From positions 1 through 64,000 of the IMG/VR virus record IMGVR_UViG_3300046170_000371: 64,000 nt of DNA; one strand, written 5' to 3'. Shown here piece by piece: positions 30,924 through 39,224 of the stretch; position 1 is the first letter of the stretch; each line of letters begins with the position of its first letter. A program made the position numbers and the translations under genes. The notes beneath the pieces were generated by a model. It had not been told where the DNA came from and searched no databases. It saw only the letters and a program-made list of their open reading frames with translations. Origin of the DNA: a virus.

Positions 30924-31441
30924 TGAAGTACTTTGTATATGTATATAGCGCAGACAACGGAACTGCGTATTACGTTGGTAAAGGTTCTCTTAAGCGTGTC
31001 TTTATGAAGCACGATGTTCCAGTACCTAGGCCCGAGCTAATACAAAAGTTCTCGTTTGCTACCGAGCAAGAGGCGTGGGAAACAGAGATACAACTGATTA
31101 GTTTGTTTGGACGTCAGCAAGATGGCGGTACATTACTGAACTTATCTACAGGTGGTAAATCCGGAATGGCTGGTGTGGTTCAAAGCGAATGTCTCAAACA
31201 GCGACGTTCTTTAATAACTAAAAAATACCATGCTACTAACGGACACCCTTCCCTAGGACTTACTGGTAGTAAATCCCTTAATAGTCGTGCATACATTATT
31301 AACTTTCCAGATGGAAATGTTGTTGAAATTGTAGGCTTAAATGCCTTTTGTAGAGAACATAATCTTGACCCAAGTGCGATGTGTAGAGTATCTAAAGGTA
31401 AGGCTACTCATCACAAAGGTTTCACTTGTTCTAGAATATAA
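30923..31441 (+). CDS. Free-standing GIY-YIG homing endonuclease with NUMOD-like C-terminus
   Basis: FVYVY...YYVGKG...E..LI...LLN; C-terminal FCREHNL...HHKG. Confidence 0.7.
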   Translation: MKYFVYVYSADNGTAYYVGKGSLKRVFMKHDVPVPRPELIQKFSFATEQEAWETEIQLISLFGRQQDGGTLLNLSTGGKSGMAGVVQSECLKQRRSLITKKYHATNGHPSLGLTGSKSLNSRAYIINFPDGNVVEIVGLNAFCREHNLDPSAMCRVSKGKATHHKGFTCSRI

Positions 31442-31444
31442 ATA

Positions 31445-31502
31445 CGTTGAACCGCACATATTGCGGTCGCAAGTAGTCTGATGAAAGCAGACGAAGCAAC
31501 GG
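31445..31502 (+). ncRNA. Glutamine riboswitch (glnA RNA motif, glutamine-I class)
   Basis: P1 CGTTG/CAACG, P2 ACCGCA/TGCGGT, junction CGCAAGTA, P3 GTCTG/CAGAC, GAAG (E-loop); TAGAAT -10 at 31432. Confidence 0.85.
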
Positions 31503-31532
31503 GAAACGTACCACATCACTATGGAGTTTCCA

Positions 31533-31715
31533 ATGACCCAATTACAAGCCCGTGCTGTCGAAAATGCTCGCAAAGAGTACCGTCGTGCACAGAACGAACT
31601 GCGTGTACACCGTCTGTCTGAGACGCGTTACCGTGGTATCCCCACAGTTAAAGCCGACACTCCTCAAGAGCGTCACGGCTGTTTCACATATCGTGGCGTA
31701 AGTTACTGCCACTAA
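31533..31715 (+). CDS. DUF4278-like small basic protein downstream of the riboswitch
   Basis: Twin YRG motifs (TRYRGIP, FTYRGVSY); GGAG SD upstream. Confidence 0.75.
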   Translation: MTQLQARAVENARKEYRRAQNELRVHRLSETRYRGIPTVKADTPQERHGCFTYRGVSYCH

Positions 31716-31738
31716 TTGACAATCAAATAAGTGTATAT

Positions 31739-31763
31739 CCCTCCTATCGGAGGGTCTTTTTTT
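31739..31763 (+). terminator. Intrinsic terminator
   Basis: CCCTCC-TATC-GGAGGG followed by a T run. Confidence 0.75.
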
Positions 31764-31831
31764 GTTCTTTTTTAACATATAATAATCTAAGCGATGAGTA
31801 TAAATCGCTATACATACGTATTAAATCTATT

Positions 31832-32204
31832 ATGAAATCTATTATTGCCGTTGCAGCTCTGTCTGCTTTGTCTGCCCCTGCTTTCGCTGGTCCTTATGCC
31901 AACATCGAAAACAATGCAGGCTGGGTTGGTGACGACTTCACCGCAGCTGTGACTGAAGTTCACGCTGGCTATGAGTTTGAAGCTAGCGATTCTGTTAGCC
32001 CTATATGTACAGGCAGGTCCTGCTTTCATCTCTATTGAAGATGAAGACTTGGAGACCGAAGTGTCTGGTAAGTTTGGTGTTACTGCCGATGTCTCAGAAT
32101 CATTCGAACTCTACGGAGAAGTCGCATTCCTCACGGAAGACCAAGAATTTGACGTGGATACCCTTACATTGGGTACCAAGGTTGGTGCCACCTACCGCTT
32201 CTGA
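31832..32204 (+). CDS. Small outer-membrane beta-barrel/porin-like protein (indel near 32000)
   Basis: Signal peptide ...PAFA|GPY; amphipathic strands; C-terminal GATYRF. Confidence 0.7.
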
Positions 32205-32220
32205 TAAATAAACAACTGTT

Positions 32221-32247
32221 CCCCCTCTAACGAGGGGGTATTTTTTT
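32221..32247 (+). terminator. Intrinsic terminator at the + / - strand convergence
   Basis: CCCCCTC-TAAC-GAGGGGG followed by T7. Confidence 0.8.
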
Positions 32248-32255
32248 GTTCTTTT

Positions 32256-32570
32256 TTAACTGTAGATATCTTTGTAAACGTTATCTAGCTGTGGTCTAAA
32301 CCCTTCGCTCTTGCGTTTGTTCGCACCAATCTCTCGGTTACGTTCAATCTGTGCACCTAAGCCAACGCCCATACCACCTGTGCCTGGTGTTTGTGGTGTT
32401 GATGCTTGTGGACGCTTCGCTTGATAAGCACGGTCACCACGATATGCACGTGTCCTGCTTACTGCTTGAGCACGCTCGTTATATGCACCACTACCGTTGT
32501 AGTCACTTTTGTCTTGGTCGCTAAGCCTGCGCCTATCAACGGGTCCATTCTTGACACCAAACTTCTGCAC
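32256..32570 (-). CDS. Basic hypothetical protein
   Basis: ORF preceded by TACAATAGA. Confidence 0.5.
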   Translation of the reverse strand: MQKFGVKNGPVDRRRLSDQDKSDYNGSGAYNERAQAVSRTRAYRGDRAYQAKRPQASTPQTPGTGGMGVGLGAQIERNREIGANKRKSEGFRPQLDNVYKDIYS

Positions 32571-33022
32571 GGCACTACCTTCGTTATGTATCTATTGTAC
32601 TGAAGTAATCATCCCTAGGCTGTACATTGCCATCACAAATGAGCTTGTCTAAGTAATCTCTATCCGATTGCTCTAGTTCAACATAGTTGTCATAGAGCCA
32701 CTGCCATGCACTGTGCCATTCATCTAATGAGTTGCATGCAGTACTGCCAAACGCAATGCGCTTAGCTTCTTTGACATTCACAGACCCACTTCTTGGTTAA
32801 GCTTTTGCACTGCTTTAGCTACAGGCATCAGCGTAGCCATCAGCTTCTTAGGCGTCTCTGTTTCAATTAATGCAATCTTACTTTCGAAGCTCTGTAATCT
32901 TTGCGTCTTTCTTTTTAGTTTTGTAGTCAGTGAACTTCATACCAAGCAGCAGTGCTAGGGCAGGTCCAATTATATACTCTAGTGCCATATCTATTTGTTA
33001 GCTAGCGATAGTCTAGCCTAAA

Positions 33023-33349
33023 TTATCCAATCATAAGACCATCATCATCAAGGTCTTCATTCTCATAGCTCTCGTCATCAATGTCAGTTGGCATAGGGTC
33101 GTCTGACATCATCAGCAGGTCCATAAAGGTCTCTTCACTAATGATTTCAGGCAGACCATTCTGGTGCTCGTCAATCTTAAACATGATGCCGTTAGCCATC
33201 AGTGTCTGCTGCACTCCGTTCTTCTGCTCCATGCGTGACTTAAGCAGTCGCAAGCATGTCTTCTCCAATGCTGGGCGGCTCATACGATTGACTTCGTATC
33301 GTGCTCGTGTCAGAGCAAAGCGTTGTTCTATCGATAGTGCTGCGTTCAT
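33023..33349 (-). CDS. Hypothetical protein
   Basis: ORF track; acidic tail. Confidence 0.5.
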   Translation of the reverse strand: MNAALSIEQRFALTRARYEVNRMSRPALEKTCLRLLKSRMEQKNGVQQTLMANGIMFKIDEHQNGLPEIISEETFMDLLMMSDDPMPTDIDDESYENEDLDDDGLMIG

Positions 33350-33689
33350 CTAATTCTTCCTCAAATCTTTTGTTTGAAATCCATTCTTCAATCAATTCCT
33401 TTGCAGTCTCATTATAAAAAGACTGCTGTTGAAACCATACTAACCAAGGTTGAGAACCTTTGGAGTGATTACACTCAAGGCAGCATGGCAGCAAGTTACT
33501 GCGTAGGCTGTCTCCACCCTTTGACTTTGGCTTTATGTGGTCCAGTGTGGTTGCTCGATGACACCTGCAGTATCCGCAGAGTCCACCCCATCCATACTTA
33601 ATTGACTTTTTAAATCTGCGCTTGGCACTTTGCTTAGATAAGCAAGTGAGGTCGTACATAAGGTCCGACCAGTCTTCAGCAATTCCCAT
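33240..33689 (-). CDS. HNH endonuclease
   Basis: CGYC...TLDHIKPKSKGG...NLLPCCLECNHSK. Confidence 0.85.
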   Translation of the reverse strand: MGIAEDWSDLMYDLTCLSKQSAKRRFKKSIKYGWGGLCGYCRCHRATTLDHIKPKSKGGDSLRSNLLPCCLECNHSKGSQPWLVWFQQQSFYNETAKELIEEWISNKRFEEELDERSTIDRTTLCSDTSTIRSQSYEPPSIGEDMLATA

Positions 33690-33755
33690 AGTTGTTATTA
33701 GGCAACTGCCTTAACTATAGTTATGTAACGTCTCCTATGTGTCTATGTAGTGCGA

Positions 33756-33993
33756 TTAATTGCACTTCTTAGCAACTAGTTGGTCCATCTTATCTTCAAT
33801 CCTAATGAGATGGTCCTCCATACGTAGCATTGCTGCTGTGAACTCCTGCTTTGGAGTGTATGTTTCAACTAACTTTAGCTCAAGCTTAGTCTACCTTGCT
33901 GTCTAACAAAGTCACACGATGATTTACTTTATTAAAAAGCACAGCAGTACCTGTAACTACAGCAATAATAACGGGCACGAATGTTTCAATCAT
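33756..33993 (-). CDS. Small TM plus coiled-coil protein (one indel)
   Basis: MIETFVPVIIAVVTG...LELKLVETY...RIEDKMD. Confidence 0.5.
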
Positions 33994-34242
33994 CATTTTC
34001 CACAGCCTTATAGCTAGTTGAGATAGACCATCCGTCTTCACCAAACGTGCCGGTCTCTTTGGTTTCCCATTTGTCTTCAGCCTTTTCAACAGGCTGCGTT
34101 TCAATCCACTCTTCTTCTGCCGCATCAAGCTTATGCGGAAGGGTGGTGTAGAACTTCTTTGCTTGTATGGCACGCTGAATTCTCTCCAAGTCTGAGCGTG
34201 TGTCAAACCTGAAGATCCATTTCCCATCACTGGGAATATTGC

Positions 34243-34392
34243 CTAGTCCTTTTTTTCAGAGCCGGGCTTCATGGTGTTCACTGCACTAAGCACAAGCTGA
34301 ATCATGCTGTTCGACTTCAATGGAGTCAGAGCAATGATTTCACTAGCAGCTGCAAGAACAATCCAGAAGATTGCTGATTCTAGGATAGCCAT
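34243..34392 (-). CDS. Small hydrophobic, possibly holin-like protein (49 aa)
   Basis: MAILESAIFWIVLAAASEIIALTPLKSNSMIQLVL. Confidence 0.5.
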   Translation of the reverse strand: MAILESAIFWIVLAAASEIIALTPLKSNSMIQLVLSAVNTMKPGSEKKD

Positions 34393-34432
34393 TGTATTAA
34401 TGAGGACTAACGTTATCTTTATTTTAACTACT

Positions 34433-34548
34433 AAACTACGCTAACTACAGTAGTTTTCTATATATCTATTATTTAATCCTACGTAGCTCCTATATATCTA
34501 TTATTTAAAAACAGTATATAGGGATTAGCGTAGTTAGCGTAGCTTTTG
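34433..34548. repeat. Inverted-repeat element B (related to element A), overlapping the integrase stop
   Basis: Left arm AAACTACGCTAACTACAGTAGTTTTCTATATA; right arm reverse complement AAAAGCTACGCTAACTACGCTAATCCCTATATA; internal direct repeat CTATATATCTATTATTTAA x2. Confidence 0.65.
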
Positions 34549-35333
34549 TAGCGCTGCTTGTAGTAAGTGGAGGCGTGTCTTCCCGTACTGAGCAGTGGTA
34601 GAAGCTTTAGCGTGACCAGTAAGAATATCAATCATATATTCCTCAATGCCTGCGTCTCTACAACGAGTGTGAAAACTATGGCGAAGCGTATGTGCTGCTT
34701 CAAACTTAGGTAGCTGCATATTCTTTCTAAAGTTTTCGCTCCAGCTAGCGCCAGGGCGTAACGCTTTTGATTGACGAAAGTTACCTATCACCCGAGTACA
34801 GGCAGGGTGGATGGGCACCTTCCTTCTTGATGGTCTGTTTTTTAAGTCGCGGTTCTCTTGGTCTGTAAATGTGAAGTATGGAATGTCTGCATCTTGCACG
34901 ATGTTCTGTGGGTCAAGCCCTGCTACTTCACCGATGCGTGCGCCTGTAAACCAAAGGATTACAAAGTATGGGTCGTCGTGATACTGCTTGTAGTAATCCC
35001 ACTCGTAGAACTCTGGGTCCCTGCTTTCAATTACAAGCCCATCGTCTGCATCTAACCAAGGGTTATCAGCTTTTGTACCAGGCACCAGCTTCATCTTTCT
35101 ACCTTTATTCCAGATGGCTTTAAGACTGCTGAGCCTTGTCTTTGTTGTGCTTTCACACACCCGCTCTAACCAGTAGATGCGTTGGTCAAGCACTACTTCA
35201 TCTGTGACTTGGTCAATCGTTAGTTCTCCAATAGGTCCGACTGGCTTTGAGCCAGTTGGCATACGGTGGAGTCTGTGATTTTGTAAAGCTTCTTAAGCTT
35301 TGCGGCAAGGGTTTGCACCTTCATAGGGTTCAT
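34534..35333 (-). CDS. int: Tyrosine recombinase/integrase (indels near N-terminus)
   Basis: TGARIGE (R), LKN (K), HTLRH, LTGH, QYG (Y) all present; N-terminus MNPMKVQTLAAKL joins after indel correction. Confidence 0.85.
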
Positions 35334-35367
35334 TTGGGATATAAGCAACGCCTATCAACAACCTATT

Positions 35368-35390
35368 AAAAAACCCCACGATGTGTGGGG
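35368..35390 (-). terminator. Intrinsic terminator immediately 3' of the tRNA fragment
   Basis: Minus strand CCCCAC-ACATC-GTGGGG followed by T6. Confidence 0.75.
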
Positions 35391-35404
35391 TAGGTGATGG
35401 GGAA

Positions 35405-35429
35405 CGGAGAGGGTCGGATTCGAACCCAC
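35405..35429 (-). other. tRNA-Ser 3'-end fragment; candidate attP core
   Basis: Minus strand GTGGGTTCGAATCCGACCCTCTCCG: T-loop, acceptor 3' strand CCTCTCC, discriminator G; no 5' half upstream. Confidence 0.7.
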
Positions 35430-35492
35430 TCCTTTGGCGTAGCTAAGCGTAGATTAGCACGTCAAGTACCCTCGTCTAATCAGCTGTACTTA

Positions 35493-35870
35493 TCAGTCTG
35501 GTTGCTTGGAGTACTGCTTGCCCTTGGCTGTATCAGCACGTTTCTTAGCAGTGGTGCGTGCGTACTCTTTGTCGCTCATACCGTCACGCTTCTTCTTCGG
35601 GAGGTAACGCTCACCTGTTGCGCCTTTACCTTCGGTGCTGTTCTTGCCTGACTTAGTACCCCAATCTTCCTTGGTCCACTTTTTCATCTTGTTATCTTTG
35701 GCAGAAGGTTTACTACCTTCGTAGCCACCACCACTGTCTTTGTAGTACTTGGTTGCAAGCTGCATAGCACGAGCAGAGTGCTTGCCACCCATCTTTGCTT
35801 TCGCTCTTGATTTAGCGGCAGCCCATTTCTTTGGGTCTTTCTTTGTTGCTACTCCATCAGCCATGCTTAC
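35493..35870 (-). CDS. Lys-rich basic phage protein
   Basis: KHSARAMQLA..YY...GGGY...KWTKEDWGT...TGERYLPK. Confidence 0.6.
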   Translation of the reverse strand, partial: VSMADGVATKKDPKKWAAAKSRAKAKMGGKHSARAMQLATKYYKDSGGGYEGSKPSAKDNKMKKWTKEDWGTKSGKNSTEGKGATGERYLPKKKRDGMSDKEYARTTAKKRADTAKGKQYSKQPD

Positions 35871-36094
35871 ACCCACAATCTTTTTTTACTTTTGCTTTCT
35901 TCTTATCGAGGAAAGCTTGTGCTTGTTGCTTCTTAGTCATCGGACTTGCCGTTCTTCTTTTCGAAGTGCTTGCGTAGTCCTTCAGGCATCTTAGATGAAT
36001 CAGTAGACTTTTTCTCGTCTCCTTCTTTCATCTTGCCTTTAGTTTCTTCTTTCTTCTTTTCGAAGAATGCTTGTGCTTTTTGTTTAGACATGGA

Positions 36095-36403
36095 TTAACA
36101 TTTCCAACGACGACGTGCTGCTTTACCGCGTTCACCAGTCCAACCACGTGAGCGTGCACAGAATGATTTCTTGCGAGCACCTGCTTTAGTACCAGGTTTA
36201 CCATTAGGTGCTGGAGCTTTTAAATTGCTACCAGTCCTTTTATTAATAGATGCACGACCTTTAGCAGTCAGTCCTGCGCCTTCTTTAACGGATAGTTTGT
36301 GTCCGCCTTTGACGGTCATACCATCCATAGCACCTTTCTTTTTACTCTTGCCGTGAGCTTGTGCTTTAGATTTTGCGGCAGCTCTATCAGCCATAGATAA
36401 CAA
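36095..36403 (-). CDS. Lys/Arg-rich basic phage protein
   Basis: GLTAKGR...NLKAP...RKKSFCAR...RRWKC. Confidence 0.6.
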   Translation of the reverse strand: MLSMADRAAAKSKAQAHGKSKKKGAMDGMTVKGGHKLSVKEGAGLTAKGRASINKRTGSNLKAPAPNGKPGTKAGARKKSFCARSRGWTGERGKAARRRWKC

Positions 36404-36698
36404 GTGTGATGCTTTATATAGTTTAACTAAAAATCTTCTTCTTTTTCTTTTTTCTCTTGCACTTTTGTAATGCCGTAGCTTGCTAGTACTGTTGTAACAA
36501 GAGAGCTTATAAATGCTGAGTCAACACTTTTTGCCATGCCAAAGTAACTAGCAGTAAGCACAGCAAGCGACCAGGTCAATACGCCTGCTGGAATGATGTT
36601 ATGAAATAATTGCCTTATTATATTATTCTTTTTGGGACTGTCCATTAGAATACACTGAGGAAAAGATACAATAGTTAAAGCAACTTGTATGCAAATGT

Positions 36699-37079
36699 AT
36701 GAAGCGCTTACTTCTATTATTGCTGATTGCTGCACCTGTTAGCGCTCAATCAGTTACTCCTAATTTCACTACTGGTTCAATGACGCAGACAGTGACTGCT
36801 ACTCAAGAAGTTACTGAAACTATTGCTATTGAACGCTTCGGTGGTGCGGTTTCAACGTGGAATGGAGATAATGTGCAACCTACAGGAGACGCTACTGCTA
36901 CGTCTCCAGCAACCATTGATTTAACAGGCAGTAGTACTCAATTTTATGTCGTTGATCCGAGTCAGCCGTGGCAACTAGAAATCATTACAAGAGCAGCAGG
37001 ATTAGTAGAGACAGAGGATGTGACAAGAACAATCGAAACAAACACTACTACCAATACTTTGTCGGTATTCTCGCAGTAA
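36699..37079 (+). CDS. Secreted Thr-rich hypothetical protein
   Basis: Signal peptide; VTPNFTTGSM...SVFSQ; TACAATAG upstream. Confidence 0.6.
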   Translation: MKRLLLLLLIAAPVSAQSVTPNFTTGSMTQTVTATQEVTETIAIERFGGAVSTWNGDNVQPTGDATATSPATIDLTGSSTQFYVVDPSQPWQLEIITRAAGLVETEDVTRTIETNTTTNTLSVFSQ

Positions 37080-37484
37080 TTTTCTGTAGCCCTGTATTTG
37101 CTGAAGGTAATACAAGTGTTGCTGCTAATCCAGTGGCGGCAATCAGTGGTTCAGTCGCTAACCAAGCGGTACAAATTAATCAAGGCTCTTTAAGCACACA
37201 ATCATTTGCAACAGGGCCACTACTGTAATGGTCCTGTAATTAGTATTACACCTTATTACTTGCAGACTGAATCGTTTACTTCTGTGTATGCGACTAATAG
37301 AAACTATGGTGGGCAGATAAGTTTGTCGATGCCACTTGATGGCAGTTCAGTTGAACTGTGTAAAGCACTAGCTCGTCAGAGGTTAGAGAAAGGGTCGGCT
37401 TGACTATGAGCTTGTGCGTATTAAAGAGTGCATCAATATACATCAGAGTGGATACTTGATACATCCCTGAAAGTCCGTTCTATT

Positions 37485-38050
37485 CTATTTGCGCCGACGT
37501 TCTAGTTGCCGCTGACGTGCCCAAGTAACTACTCTCTTGCCACGACGCTTCTGTATCTTATTGAGAATGACTTTCAATAGTGGCTTTATAAGCTTCAAAA
37601 GGTAATCAAAAAAAGTTTTAGCTACTAGAGCACCACCGACTGACGCTACTGCTGCGACAGTTGCTGTTGTTGCTGTGACAATCATTACTTCATTCGTAGG
37701 TAACGGTAGTTCAACTTCAATAATTGGAACGATGATTGCGTTACCTTCTGGCTCAACTTCAGTAAGAACTTCTGGTAGTTCAGGCAGGGGAGGTAGTGGT
37801 GGTGCTGGGGAGGTGACGGAGTGGTACAGGTGGAGGTGGCTGTACTGACTGCGGAGGATTACTTTGCTCTTGCTCTACTGGCTTCACTAGGTTGAGATGT
37901 TTGTGGAACACCTGGTTCAGCTATATCTTTTACTCGTGGTGGTATAGGCACCCATCTTGGTGGCTCAACCAACGGCAAATCTAATGTTGGAGCAGGTAAC
38001 TGAAATGCGTTTGGTAAAGGTATTGGTGGTAGCAGTGGTGCTACTTCCAT
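37485..38050 (-). CDS. Pro-rich membrane protein (frameshifted)
   Basis: ORFs 37859-38050 and 37485-37685 with a Pro-rich linker. Confidence 0.45.
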
Positions 38051-38174
38051 CTATCCATTGGGTCTTCATCACCCTCGCAGATAGCAACTGCTCGTTTGTA
38101 AAAATAGCAGTCTGTCTTATCTGCTTCTTCTAAAGCTTCTCTTACCTTCTCCCAATTCTTTCGTTCTGCTTCAC

Positions 38175-38447
38175 TCATTCGTTCGTTTTAATAAAGTCCA
38201 TTTCAGCGTGCATCAGGTCACTGAGGTTAGACACCTGAGCGCAGCAGTTTTTGATGAGCCCACGTTGATTAGGCGTGAGGTTCTCTGCTTCAATTACATC
38301 TTCTGATAACACATTAGAGATATCACCAAGTGCCATAACGATGGCTGGCATTCCCCATTTTTCTACAAGCGACGACATCGCAGAGAGCAGTGGGTTTGAC
38401 CCTGTCTCTACAATTTTCCAGAAGTTAGCTCTTTCTTCAGTCGTCAT
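38175..38447 (-). CDS. Hypothetical protein
   Basis: ORF with TAGAATAG upstream. Confidence 0.55.
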   Translation of the reverse strand: MTTEERANFWKIVETGSNPLLSAMSSLVEKWGMPAIVMALGDISNVLSEDVIEAENLTPNQRGLIKNCCAQVSNLSDLMHAEMDFIKTNE

Positions 38448-38507
38448 AATGTAGCCCTATGTTAATACTATTCTAAAGTAGAATGTGTCAATAGAGTTAT
38501 ATTTATT

Positions 38508-39224
38508 ATGCCTGAGATTTCCGTAGATGAGTTCGTCAATTTCTTTAAATATTATAAGGATGAACCACATCAGCGAGCAGGAGTTAAAGAGCTCTATCGT
38601 TATCTTGATTTAATTAGCAAGGATGATACATCATCTTGGATTAAAATCTATCGTGAAGGACCAAAGAAATCAGCACCAGTCAAAGCTGCTGATGAAGTTC
38701 ATGTAACTAAAGCACAGCTCGCTGCAATCTGGGGATGCTCTGCTGATTTAATTCACGACTATGAGATTGATGAAATGAACTCGTGCTTGGAGAAGTATGA
38801 GATTACAACTGCTCCACGCATCCGTCACTTCTTATCACAGACAGGACACGAGAGTGGTGGGGGGCGTTATAAGAAAGAGCTTGCTAGTGGGGAAGCGTAT
38901 AACGGAAGAGATGACTTAGGTAATACCTCGCCTGGTGATGGACCTAAATACAAAGGTGCTGGTTACATCCAGCTCACTGGCAAGTACAACTACTCGCGCT
39001 TGGCTGAATACTTAGATGACCCTCGTGTGATGGAAGGCGTTGAGTATGTAGCAGAAAACCTGCCGTTTACATCAGCAGGTTACTGGTGGGAAGATAATAA
39101 GATGAACGAACTAATTGATAGTGGTGCTGATGTAGTAGCTGTAACCCGCCGAGTGAATGGCGGGACTAACGGGCTAGCTGATAGAGAACATTACTACCAG
39201 CGTTGCCTTCAGCAGATTCAGTAA
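38508..39224 (+). CDS. GH19 (chitinase-like) endolysin
   Basis: HFLSQTGHESGG...GDGPKYKGAGYIQLTGKYNY...VTRRVNGGTNGLADR. Confidence 0.9.
   Translation: MPEISVDEFVNFFKYYKDEPHQRAGVKELYRYLDLISKDDTSSWIKIYREGPKKSAPVKAADEVHVTKAQLAAIWGCSADLIHDYEIDEMNSCLEKYEITTAPRIRHFLSQTGHESGGGRYKKELASGEAYNGRDDLGNTSPGDGPKYKGAGYIQLTGKYNYSRLAEYLDDPRVMEGVEYVAENLPFTSAGYWWEDNKMNELIDSGADVVAVTRRVNGGTNGLADREHYYQRCLQQIQ

Noticed and set aside
31478-31496. CTGATGA...GAA as a hammerhead ribozyme core
   Set aside because: No stem II between the motifs; the sequence is fully explained as P3 of the glutamine riboswitch
35405-35490. Complete tRNA gene
   Set aside because: Only the T-arm and acceptor 3' strand are present; no GGAGAGG 5' strand, D-arm or anticodon arm upstream
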